From positions 1 through 24,831 of the IMG/VR virus record IMGVR_UViG_3300005805_000462: a stretch of 24,831 nucleotides of DNA. One strand, written 5' to 3'. This document shows, piece by piece, positions 15,759 through 24,831 of this stretch (position 1 is its first letter; each line of letters begins with the position of its first letter). This stretch comes from a virus (lineage: Duplodnaviria; Caudoviricetes). Position numbers and translations under genes: made by a program. A model generated the notes under the pieces. It did not search any database. It was not told the DNA's origin and worked only from the letters and a program-made list of their open reading frames with translations.

Positions 15759-17863
15759 TGGCTATTATCAACGCTAACGAAATCTACAAGAAATTATCTT
15801 CACAGATCGAATCTCAATTTCCGGGATTCATCCGCGAAGATGGTCCGCAATTTGTTGCGTTTTTAAAAGCATATTATGAATATCTTGAGCAAAGTGGAAA
15901 TGCAGTAGATGCTATCCGACAATTAAATGATAATCAAGATATCGACAGGACATTAGATTCGTTTGTTGAATATTTTAGACACGAATTTATGCAAGACATA
16001 CCAAAAGATGCTTTGGCTGATCAACGTCTTTTAACTAAGCATATCAGACAATTCTATCGTTCTCGTGGTACTCCAGAATCATATAGATTCCTATTCCGCG
16101 CTCTCTACAATAAAGAAATTGAATTCTATTATCCAGGAGAAGATATTCTCCGCGTTTCTGATGGTCGTTGGCTTAAAGAAACAAAGTTGCGCGTAGGTTC
16201 TCCGTTCAATAGATCTCCTTCTCTATTCGGAGGAATACGAGTAACAGGAGCTGCTTCTGGCGCAACAGCCGTAGTCCAGAGCGTTGTTTCTACGATTGCT
16301 TCGGGTGTTACAGTATTTGATATGACTGTAGAAAACGTCTCGGGGGCGTTCCAAGACAATGAACGCATTTTTGACGATGATGGTAATTTTGCTACTGTTA
16401 ATGCTCAAATTGGCGCATTAACTGATTTAGATATCACTGATGGTGGAGCGTTTCATAATAACGGCGAAGAAGTTGAAATTGGCGGTGCGGGTTCTACAGT
16501 TAATGCTAAAGGTATAATAACAGAAGTTACAAACATAAGCGCTGTTACTGCTCGTATTGTTAAGAGCGGAACCGGTTATACTAGAAACAACACTAGAGTT
16601 GTTATAACTGGCGGAGATGGAGTTGGATTTTCTTTAGGAATACATTCTTTCACTCAAGAAGCTGTTAACATTTCTCTGAACAACGATACTATCAATAATC
16701 TTAAAAATGTCAGATTAGATAGCCCATCATTTTTTGTTAGATCGGGCGCTAATACGGGACCCGTCACCAAGAAATTAACAGGAACTGTAAAAGCCTTTAC
16801 TGGTACTAATACGATATTTGGAACCGGAACAGCATTCAATACTGAATTAGCAGTTGGAGATATTGTTCGCATAACAGGATCACCTACTGCGCTTAGGGTT
16901 CATTCTATTGGCGGCGCACAAACATTCGTTACAGTTACTCAATCTTCGGTTGGAATAACGACTGGCGCAAACGCATATTCAAAACTAGCTGCTGCTAATG
17001 TTTCATCCACGCTTCAATCTGCTTTAACATTCAATACAAGTTCGTTCTTTTCGATCAACGCACTATCGCTGATAAATCCCGGAAAAGGTTACACCACACT
17101 ACCTACGATATCTATTATAGACGATGATATCTCTATCTTTGGGCACGACGATGGACATGGCGGTATTTTAGGAAAAAATGCTGTAGTCGTTTCTAATGCG
17201 GCTACTGGATCGATTGTATCTGTTCGAATCACTGACAGAGGCACTAACTTTAACAAATTCCAAGAAGCTACGATATTGAATATTACACGTGGTAATGACC
17301 CAATCATACAAAGTTCTGCAGCCCTTAAAACTGATGGTTCTGCAACCACGAGATTTATAGTAAGAAATACCACACATTTTGGTCAAGGCCTTGGTCAAGT
17401 TTCGGGCATCACTAATTATCCTGGAAAATATATTGATACTAAAGGTTTCCTTAGCTGGAACAATAGACTTCAAGACAATTATTATTATCAGGAATTTTCA
17501 TATGTAATACGTGTGACCGAACTTCTTGATAAATACAAGGAAGTTGTAAAGAAACTTGTTCATCCATCGGGTACGAAACTCTTCGGTGAATATCAAATAA
17601 TTTCAAATGTTCTTACGCCAATTCAAGTTGCATCATCTAGATCTTCTTTCATTACTCTAAATATCACTGAAACACTAACACCAACTGATGTTTCTGTAGG
17701 TATGTTGAATACTTCTGCTGCTATAGCGGAACTTTCTGGGTCCGAAATTATTGGAACATATGCTTCTGATTTAATTTCTGTATATGCTTCCCTATTAATA
17801 TCAGATATTGGCGGAATTGGGACATTAAAACTTGAAGATTCTATTGAAGCTACGATAAGTTGA
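15758..17863 (+). CDS. gp7: Baseplate wedge initiator gp7-like
   Basis: SQFP.FIRE..P.FV.FLKAYYEYLE; K.I..FY.SRGT.ESY.FLFR.LY; IL..SDG.W; C-terminal G.LS....LQDNYYYQEFSYVI.......YK.VVKKLVHPSG..LFG. Confidence 0.8.
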   Translation: MAIINANEIYKKLSSQIESQFPGFIREDGPQFVAFLKAYYEYLEQSGNAVDAIRQLNDNQDIDRTLDSFVEYFRHEFMQDIPKDALADQRLLTKHIRQFYRSRGTPESYRFLFRALYNKEIEFYYPGEDILRVSDGRWLKETKLRVGSPFNRSPSLFGGIRVTGAASGATAVVQSVVSTIASGVTVFDMTVENVSGAFQDNERIFDDDGNFATVNAQIGALTDLDITDGGAFHNNGEEVEIGGAGSTVNAKGIITEVTNISAVTARIVKSGTGYTRNNTRVVITGGDGVGFSLGIHSFTQEAVNISLNNDTINNLKNVRLDSPSFFVRSGANTGPVTKKLTGTVKAFTGTNTIFGTGTAFNTELAVGDIVRITGSPTALRVHSIGGAQTFVTVTQSSVGITTGANAYSKLAAANVSSTLQSALTFNTSSFFSINALSLINPGKGYTTLPTISIIDDDISIFGHDDGHGGILGKNAVVVSNAATGSIVSVRITDRGTNFNKFQEATILNITRGNDPIIQSSAALKTDGSATTRFIVRNTTHFGQGLGQVSGITNYPGKYIDTKGFLSWNNRLQDNYYYQEFSYVIRVTELLDKYKEVVKKLVHPSGTKLFGEYQIISNVLTPIQVASSRSSFITLNITETLTPTDVSVGMLNTSAAIAELSGSEIIGTYASDLISVYASLLISDIGGIGTLKLEDSIEATIS

Positions 17864-17871
17864 TATAAATA
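17864..17871 (+). promoter_or_regulatory. T4-type late promoter TATAAATA
   Basis: Exact consensus immediately after the gp7 stop, with RBS AGGAG before the ATG at 17899. Confidence 0.85.
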
Positions 17872-17898
17872 TTGAGAACTATTATTCAGGAGCTCTGA

Positions 17899-18486
17899 AT
17901 GTCGATTGAAAAGATTAATCCCGGCGATTCTACTAGCGTTATTGTTTCACGAGGAAGTGGACAAAAGGAATCAGTAGATCTGCATGGATATTTTACCGTT
18001 AGCTGTAAAGGACAGAACGGCGAAACTAAATGGGAAGACGGATTTAACAATCTTGTCACTACAGCGGGCAAAAACGCTCTTCTTAATACCTATCTTGGCG
18101 CTACAGCTGTTAGTGTCGGAACAACAACTTGGTATATGGGATTGATTGCTGCTAATGGCTATTCGGCCGTTGCCGCAGCAGATACTTTGTCATCTCATTC
18201 TGGGTGGAAAGAGTCTGGTGCAAATAATGCTAGAGCGCCTGGTTATAGTCAAGCAACTCGTCGCTTAATTACGTTTGCTGCGTCATCTAGTGGCTCTAAG
18301 GCTACTTCTAATGCTGTTATTTTTTCTATCACAGTAGACGGTACTGTAAAGGGAGCTTTTATTGCTAATAACGCGACCAAGGCTGGAAGTACAGGAACGC
18401 TCTATTCGGCTGGATTGTTTACTGGTGGTGATAAAGTCATCACTAACGGCGACACCTTAAACATAACATATACAGCTTCAGCATAA
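17899..18486 (+). CDS. Hypothetical virion structural protein (195 aa)
   Basis: W.D...NLVT..GK..LL...WY.GL...Y...TR....F...GAF......G.LYSAG.F..GDK....GDTLNITY is a beta-rich pattern seen in phage tail modules. It has its own late promoter and RBS. Confidence 0.7.
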   Translation: MSIEKINPGDSTSVIVSRGSGQKESVDLHGYFTVSCKGQNGETKWEDGFNNLVTTAGKNALLNTYLGATAVSVGTTTWYMGLIAANGYSAVAAADTLSSHSGWKESGANNARAPGYSQATRRLITFAASSSGSKATSNAVIFSITVDGTVKGAFIANNATKAGSTGTLYSAGLFTGGDKVITNGDTLNITYTASA

Positions 18487-20288
18487 TGACAACACTCGTA
18501 ACACGCCATTTTAGAATTCATAACGCGGTTCAATTTTTTGAATCGTTCAGTGAATCTGTGCCTACTCGATATTATTATTTCATCGGAAAGAATTTTGCTT
18601 TTGCCAATTCTATTCCTATTACAGGAACAGTTAAACTTTCTAGCTCTTCTAATACCGTAATAGGTTATGGGACTGTTTTTAATGCAGAACTTGCTGCTGG
18701 TGACATCGTACGAGTAGATGGTACTGCATACAATCTTCGAGTGCATTCTGTTATTGGCGCTCAGACTTTTATTTCAGCTGTTCGTCCTTCGACAACAGTT
18801 ACTACATCATCTGCTGCGTTTATCCGTAAAGCGTTTAGTGAAAACAATCCTCCTAATCCAGTAGACACGTATCAAGATACATATTTTGATATTTGGCGCA
18901 ATATGATATCCGCTAAACGAATTCAAACGTCAGACGTTTCTCATGTTATTCCAAGATATAACTGGACTAACAATACAGTCTATACTGCATATTCAGACAC
19001 AAACGCAACTCTTGAAAATTCTCAATTTTATGTTTTCACTAGCGCATGCAATGTATATAAATGTATTGATAATAATAGAGGGACTTCTTCTGTCATTCAG
19101 CCAACCGGCATTGTGACGAATGATATTATTTTAACAGCTGACGGATATCGTTGGAAATATATGTACACTGTTACTTCTGGTCGTGCATTAAAATTCCTTA
19201 CATCAGATCATGTCCCAGTGCAAACATTAACTTCGGATGATAGCACAGATCAATGGGATGTGCAAACTTCTGCTGCAAATGGAGCCATACATAGCATCAC
19301 TCTTGTGACTAACGGTTCTGGATATCTTAGTGTAACTAATACATTTTCTTATGTTACAAGTAAACTTTTAGTTAATCTGAATACTGAAGCAAGCGGCATT
19401 GATGATGTCTACAATGGATCTGGAATATTCATTTCTTCTGGTGCTGGTGTAGGTCAACTTCGTAAGATTGTTAAATATTACGGTGCTAATAATCTTGTTG
19501 TTGTTAATGGCGCATTTACTACGGCTCCTACAACATCCAGTAGATATATTGTTTCGCCGCTTGTTACAATTAGTGGTGACAGTGGAGGATCTACTGTATC
19601 ACGAGCAACAGCATATGTTTCTAATACTGTTGGTGGCCAAGTTCGAAAAATTACAATTGTTTCACAGGGTCGTTCATACTCAACGGCTAATGTGACTATC
19701 ACAGCGAATTCTTCATATGGATACGGTGCTGTTGCTAAAGCTGTTATACCTCCGATAGGTGGTCATGGTCGCGATGCAGTAGATGAATTATACGGAAGTC
19801 GAGTGATGATGAGCGTTAGAGTTTCTGGTTCAGAATCTAACACGTTTCCGACAAACAACGATTTCCGCATAATCGGTGTGTTACAAAATCCTAAGTTGAA
19901 TAACGGAGCAAATGCTACAGCTTCAGCTATTGATCAAACTTTGCGTGTAACAGTTGCTGAAGTATCTGGTGATTTTTATGCTGACGAACTTATTACAGGC
20001 GATGTGAGCAAGGCTACCGGTAGATTATTATATTTTGCAAATACGAACGCAGCTAGAACTCAAGGTGTTCTCAAGCTCGTCCGTGTAATTACAAATGGCA
20101 CCGGATCTAGATTTATTGCAGGAGAAACCGTTCGCGGTTCTACTTCTACGCGAACAGCTAACGTTCAGCTTGTCACTCTCCCTGCCATGAAACCATTCAC
20201 TGGTTTGGTCATATATACTGAAAATAAACCTCCAGTAACAAGATCTCTTGAACAAACTGAAGACGTTAAATTAGTAATCAATTTTTAA
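18486..20288 (+). CDS. gp8: Baseplate wedge subunit gp8-like, with inserted domains
   Basis: T..FRIHNA..F.E; Y.FIG; P.P.D; W..MI.AKRI...DV.HVIPRYNW; FYV......VYKCIDN; DGY.WKYMY; IPP.GGHG.DAV.EL; NDFR.IG...NP; Y.EN..P..RS..QTED.KLVI.F. Confidence 0.88.
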   Translation: MTTLVTRHFRIHNAVQFFESFSESVPTRYYYFIGKNFAFANSIPITGTVKLSSSSNTVIGYGTVFNAELAAGDIVRVDGTAYNLRVHSVIGAQTFISAVRPSTTVTTSSAAFIRKAFSENNPPNPVDTYQDTYFDIWRNMISAKRIQTSDVSHVIPRYNWTNNTVYTAYSDTNATLENSQFYVFTSACNVYKCIDNNRGTSSVIQPTGIVTNDIILTADGYRWKYMYTVTSGRALKFLTSDHVPVQTLTSDDSTDQWDVQTSAANGAIHSITLVTNGSGYLSVTNTFSYVTSKLLVNLNTEASGIDDVYNGSGIFISSGAGVGQLRKIVKYYGANNLVVVNGAFTTAPTTSSRYIVSPLVTISGDSGGSTVSRATAYVSNTVGGQVRKITIVSQGRSYSTANVTITANSSYGYGAVAKAVIPPIGGHGRDAVDELYGSRVMMSVRVSGSESNTFPTNNDFRIIGVLQNPKLNNGANATASAIDQTLRVTVAEVSGDFYADELITGDVSKATGRLLYFANTNAARTQGVLKLVRVITNGTGSRFIAGETVRGSTSTRTANVQLVTLPAMKPFTGLVIYTENKPPVTRSLEQTEDVKLVINF

Positions 20289-20300
20289 TCGGAAGGTATC

Positions 20301-23300
20301 ATGGCTGCACAGTCTAATTCAGTTACGCTCTCTACGAACTTCAACGTAGAACCGTACTACGACGACTTCGACGAAACGAAGAATTTCCATAGAATTCTTT
20401 TCCGTCCAGGGTTGGCTGTTCAGGGTCGCGAATTGACTCAGATGCAGACTATTATGCAAAATCAGATCGATAGGTTCGCAGAACACATCTTCAAAGAAGG
20501 TTCTACGGTCCGCGGTCTTGAGATGAATTATGATTCTAATTATGCGTATGTCAAATTGATGGACAATACGTCTACAGGAGCAAACACAGTCGCGCTGACT
20601 AACTTTAACAGTAAGATTGTTAAGGGCGCAACATCTGGTGTATTAGCTTTCGTTATAAACAGCGTTGAGGGTTCTCAAGCTAATACACCTAATTTTAAAA
20701 CATTGTTCATTAAGTATGTTGCTTCTAACACTACCACCGGCTATATTAAATTTGCTAATAATGAAATATTGAGGGCTGTTGGTAATACCATAATTACAGC
20801 CAACACAATTAAGACTTCTCTTGGTAACGCGACAGGATTTGGTTCTGCAATTACGTTCGAATCGGGCGTAGTGTTTGCTAAAGATCACTTCATTCGAGTT
20901 CCTAGTCAAACTCTTATTCTTGAAAGATATTCGCAATTTCCTTCATATCGTGTTGGTTATGATATTACAGAATCTATCGTTACAGAACAAACTGATGAAA
21001 CATTGCTTGATCCAGCTCAAGGATCGTACAATTATGCTGCTCCAGGCGCTGCGCGTTTGAAGCTGGTGGCTTCAATTGGTAAAGTTGCGTTAACGGCTGC
21101 AGTATCCAATACATTCGTCGAATTGATACGAATTGACAATGGTCTTGTTCAATCAATATCCAATAAGACTCAATATTCAAAAATCCGCGATTACATCGCA
21201 CAAAGAACATCTGATGAATCTGGTGACTATATCGTCAGCGGATTTAGTACGACTATTCAAGAGCATCTTAAGACTGCTAATAATGGCGGAGCATTTTCAG
21301 CTTCAGTTGGCGGAAACTCTGCACTCTTGATTGCATCAGTCGCTCCGGGCAAAGCATATATCAAAGGATACGATATTGAAAAGATTGTATCTAGTAAAAC
21401 TGCTTTTGGAAAGGCTACAGATTTTGAGTCATTAGAATCTGCTAAAGTTCTCGTCGATTATGGCAATTATGTTATTGTTGATAACGTCGTGGGTACATGG
21501 GATCTAGATCAGCAAGGTTTGGTGTCTCTTAGAACTAATCAAGCTAACTCTGTGACGACCGGTGCATTTTCATCTGGTTCTCTTCCAGGCGTTTCTATAG
21601 GAACAGCTCGTGTTCGCGGATTGGAGCACTATACAGGAATTCCTGGTCTACCTAGCGCACAATATAAATTATATCTTACAGATATTAATATGAACGCAAG
21701 GAATTCTTTTTCTGAAGTTCAAAATGTCAGTTATGACGCAACAATCGACGGTAAAGCTGACGTATTGAGTTCAAACGGAACAAATACTTTCGTAACAGAC
21801 GCATCGTTTGATAGAGGAGTATTTCGTTTACCAGCTCCTTCAGTTAGAAAACTTCGCAACACGAGCGATAACATCAATAATGATTTTTCTTTCTATAGAT
21901 CTATAGAATTTACGTTTGACACTAATGGACAAGCTACGATTAACTCTGGAACAGACTCAGAAACTTTTGACGGGTCTGGTGTTCTGAGTGATGACGCAAC
22001 ACGAACAGATTTTTATGTTGTTATTAGGGGTACAGCCAATACTTCTTCTCTAACAGGAACTATTTCTTCGCTAAACGGTTCAAATACAATAACTGGTGTT
22101 GGAACAGCATTCCTGACCCAAGTCAATCCTGGCGACATAATTCACGTTTCTAACAACGCAGATTATGTTGTTAGCACGGTTACGAATAACACGACACTTA
22201 ATCTCGTAACGCTTGCGAATGCAACAAAAACAGGAATGCCGCTGTTTAAGCGTTTCAAACCAGGTCAAGTTATTGATATGGGTGGTGTTGGGCGCGATGG
22301 CAATCGCTCTATTACTATATCGGGCACTCCTTCTCGTCAAGCTCTGTTAGACATTAATGAAACTCTTGGCGCGTCTGTAGCTGCTACAGTTATAGCCACG
22401 TTCAATAAAATTGATGGACAAGAAGCTGCTAAAATTGCTGCTCGCAATCGTCTTGTAAGTATTCGAACGGGTAACACTGTGTCGATGGGAGCTGGTGCAT
22501 ATTCTGGTAATACAACTGGACCATGGCCACTTGGATTGTCCGACGGGTTTCGTCTAGTTTCTGTTCGCAAAAAGACTGGATCTAATTTTACTGCTACGAC
22601 CGAAGGTGAAGATGTAACCCAATACTTCACACTCAATTCTGGCATGAAAGATTCTTACTATGATCACGCCAAGCTAGTTAAGAAACCCGGCACAGGTCTT
22701 ACTTTGGGATCAACTGATCGCCTTCTTGTAAAACTCGATCACTTCACGCACAGTTATGCTACTGGCGTTGGATATCTTTCAGTAGATTCGTATCCAGTCG
22801 ACGATACGAACGCAGGAACAGATACAACAAAAATCTTTACCTACGAAATCCCCACATTCACTTCGCCTAGTTCAGGCATAAAATATGATTTAAGAAATTG
22901 TGTTGATATTCGTCCAAGAATATCTGATACTGCCAACTCGGTAACTTCTCTTACTAATATATCACTCAATCCTATTGCAAGCACGACTTTCCAGTCCGGT
23001 GGCGTGTCTGGATTACATTTTTCGCCTACGGGGCAAGATTTTACCACAGATCTTTCTTACTATATGAAGAGAAATGACATCATTTCTCTCACGAAAGAAG
23101 GCGCTATCAACGTGACGCGAGGAGTACCTTCGCTCAATCCGGTTACTCCGTATGCACCAGACGATGCAATGACGCTCGCTGTAATTTCTCTCGCACCATA
23201 TCCTTCGTTGACAGAAGATGTCGGTAGAGCAATTAATCGTCCGGATCTAACAAACACAATTAAACGCCTTAAGAACGAACGATTCACAATGCGTGATATT

Positions 23301-24831
23301 GGTGCTCTGCGTGATCGTATCGATCGCTTGGAGTATCTTACTGCATTGACTTTGCTTGAAAAGAATTCTAAAGATCTGCTTATTCCAGATGAAAATGGTC
23401 TAGATCGTTTTAAGAATGGTATTTTAGTTGACGGATTTGTTGGACATAATATTGGTAACGTATTTGATCTTAATTATAAAATTTCTATCGATAAAGTTAA
23501 AGGCGAAATGCGTCCACTATTTGCGCTGGATCAAGTTCAGCTCAATTACTCGGGTGATTCTACCAATGTTGTTCGCACGAACGTAACACCTTCTGGGATA
23601 TCTCGAGATCAGATAATATCTATCTCAGGGCATCCAGCATTCATAGATGGTGAAACTGTAACTGCAGGAGCATATACAGCCACACTTAGAGCAGCTGTTA
23701 ATAAGTCGACTGTTTCTGATGGAGCAATTATATTAACAACCAAACTCTACATAGAAAATGCAACAGGTAACTTTACACCTGGTGTTTCAGTAACTGGTTC
23801 TGTGGCATCAGCTACAATCGTTTCTGTGCAGCAAATTGCTTCAGGTGATCTAGTAACGCTACCATATTCGCATAAGATTCTTGTTCAGCAACCATATGCT
23901 ACTACAACAAGAAATTGTGCTGGAGCATATTATAATTGGAAAGGTTCTGTAATATTAGAGCCCGACAACGATTACTGGTTCGACACTACTAAGAAACCAA
24001 ACATTGTAGTCAACGTAGAAAACACGCAAGATAATTGGAACTACTTAAACGGTCCGTGGCAAACAGAGTACGGCGCATGGGAGCGCACGTTTACTGGCAC
24101 TCCTACTATTGCTAGCAATAAGGAAACGCTCGGAGAAACTACTACAAGAACGTTACCCGACGGATCAACTGAAACGATTCAGAATTTTTCGACCGAAACA
24201 GTATTTTCAACCCCCACAACAGAAGCGCGTACAGCAACAAAACCTGGTGTTATTGGATCTGTTACGACTGAAACTGCGGGACAAGTTGTTGTTGATACAA
24301 GCCTTATACCGTATATGCGTTCTAGAATTCTATTCGTTAAAGCGCAAGGATTAAAGCCGTCGAGCAGAATCTATGCGTTCTTTGATGGTGTCAATGTAAG
24401 CAATTACATTACTCCAATGAACTCAACTGAATATAATAACAGATTGAAGGATCCTGCGACTGGTGCTGCTGTTAATCCAATATTTAAAGAAGGCACTGCT
24501 ACATACACGAATTCTGGCGGAGAAACGTTTTTCTTGTTTAGAATTCCTAACGACGGAACTCTAAAATTTACAACAGGAACAAAACGCTTAAGAATCAGTG
24601 ATAGCCCAACTAATTCTCAAACATACGGAGCATTCACTACTTCTGCTGAAATTGATTATAGCGCTTCTGGTTTGCAGCAAGGCGTATCTGATTTAACGAT
24701 TTCAACTCGTAGGCCTTCTATAAGTTCAAGCACTTTAACAGAAACTCAACAAGTTTTTGCAGCTGGATCAACGAGTACTTCTGGCAGTCGCGTGATTGGT
24801 ACAACACCAGCTCCGCCACCACCACCGCCTT
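20301..24831 (+). CDS. Large virion structural protein, VrlC/DUF4815-like (>1510 aa, runs off the window); absent from the ORF track
   Basis: ATG at 20301 after GGAAGG. N-terminus NFNVEPYYDDFD..KNFHRILFRPG.AVQ.RELTQ.Q...QNQI.RF..HIFKEGS; RTSDESGDY; PGKAYIKGY; RFTMRDIG.L..RI..LEY.T.L.LLE; DRFKNG.LVD.F; PYMRSR. The frame is still open at the end (...TTPAPPPPPP). Confidence 0.88.
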   Translation, partial: MAAQSNSVTLSTNFNVEPYYDDFDETKNFHRILFRPGLAVQGRELTQMQTIMQNQIDRFAEHIFKEGSTVRGLEMNYDSNYAYVKLMDNTSTGANTVALTNFNSKIVKGATSGVLAFVINSVEGSQANTPNFKTLFIKYVASNTTTGYIKFANNEILRAVGNTIITANTIKTSLGNATGFGSAITFESGVVFAKDHFIRVPSQTLILERYSQFPSYRVGYDITESIVTEQTDETLLDPAQGSYNYAAPGAARLKLVASIGKVALTAAVSNTFVELIRIDNGLVQSISNKTQYSKIRDYIAQRTSDESGDYIVSGFSTTIQEHLKTANNGGAFSASVGGNSALLIASVAPGKAYIKGYDIEKIVSSKTAFGKATDFESLESAKVLVDYGNYVIVDNVVGTWDLDQQGLVSLRTNQANSVTTGAFSSGSLPGVSIGTARVRGLEHYTGIPGLPSAQYKLYLTDINMNARNSFSEVQNVSYDATIDGKADVLSSNGTNTFVTDASFDRGVFRLPAPSVRKLRNTSDNINNDFSFYRSIEFTFDTNGQATINSGTDSETFDGSGVLSDDATRTDFYVVIRGTANTSSLTGTISSLNGSNTITGVGTAFLTQVNPGDIIHVSNNADYVVSTVTNNTTLNLVTLANATKTGMPLFKRFKPGQVIDMGGVGRDGNRSITISGTPSRQALLDINETLGASVAATVIATFNKIDGQEAAKIAARNRLVSIRTGNTVSMGAGAYSGNTTGPWPLGLSDGFRLVSVRKKTGSNFTATTEGEDVTQYFTLNSGMKDSYYDHAKLVKKPGTGLTLGSTDRLLVKLDHFTHSYATGVGYLSVDSYPVDDTNAGTDTTKIFTYEIPTFTSPSSGIKYDLRNCVDIRPRISDTANSVTSLTNISLNPIASTTFQSGGVSGLHFSPTGQDFTTDLSYYMKRNDIISLTKEGAINVTRGVPSLNPVTPYAPDDAMTLAVISLAPYPSLTEDVGRAINRPDLTNTIKRLKNERFTMRDIGALRDRIDRLEYLTALTLLEKNSKDLLIPDENGLDRFKNGILVDGFVGHNIGNVFDLNYKISIDKVKGEMRPLFALDQVQLNYSGDSTNVVRTNVTPSGISRDQIISISGHPAFIDGETVTAGAYTATLRAAVNKSTVSDGAIILTTKLYIENATGNFTPGVSVTGSVASATIVSVQQIASGDLVTLPYSHKILVQQPYATTTRNCAGAYYNWKGSVILEPDNDYWFDTTKKPNIVVNVENTQDNWNYLNGPWQTEYGAWERTFTGTPTIASNKETLGETTTRTLPDGSTETIQNFSTETVFSTPTTEARTATKPGVIGSVTTETAGQVVVDTSLIPYMRSRILFVKAQGLKPSSRIYAFFDGVNVSNYITPMNSTEYNNRLKDPATGAAVNPIFKEGTATYTNSGGETFFLFRIPNDGTLKFTTGTKRLRISDSPTNSQTYGAFTTSAEIDYSASGLQQGVSDLTISTRRPSISSSTLTETQQVFAAGSTSTSGSRVIGTTPAPPPPPP

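Noticed and set aside
20643-24354. Small ORFs listed in the track for the last 4.5 kb
   Set aside because: All lie within or opposite the single long VrlC/DUF4815-like frame starting at 20301, which the track missed because it has no stop in the window.
1-24831. tRNA, rRNA, CRISPR arrays, IS elements, Rho-independent terminators, alternative genetic code
   Set aside because: Coding density is near complete and no cloverleaf, repeat array or strong hairpin-U tract was seen. TAA, TGA and TAG all end genes at positions consistent with the standard code.

Overview
The window is part of the tail/baseplate (late structural) region of a T4-like myovirus, organised like the marine/freshwater T4-like phages rather than T4 itself. 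Two operons diverge from about 6800. The minus-strand operon reads gp4 head completion, gp2 DNA end protector, a gp54-like tube initiator, gp26, a start-less gp51-like frame, a 939-aa protein with three peptidoglycan-hydrolase domains, and a truncated tape-measure-like gene. The plus-strand operon reads gp48, gp53, a gp27-like hub, a gp5 spike split into separate genes, PAAR (gp5.4), a Gly/Ala-rich unknown, gp25, gp6, a gp7-like gene, a small virion protein, gp8, and a large VrlC/DUF4815-like protein that runs off the end. Three real coding regions are missing from the ORF track: 1-1315 (-), 4138-4320 (-) and 20301-24831 (+). The most notable features are: (1) a likely -1 programmed frameshift on a U8 run fusing gp26 to the gp51-like frame, in the lambda G/GT-like position upstream of a tape-measure-like gene; (2) a gp5 spike split into OB-fold and beta-helix genes, with an Ig-like gene where T4 has its lysozyme; (3) a virion protein with M15 peptidase, tail lysozyme and a second M15 peptidase; (4) a perfect-consensus sigma70 promoter pointing antisense into the spike operon; (5) a 51-aa module shared by three baseplate proteins. 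All assignments come from motif recognition and synteny by eye; no database searches were run.
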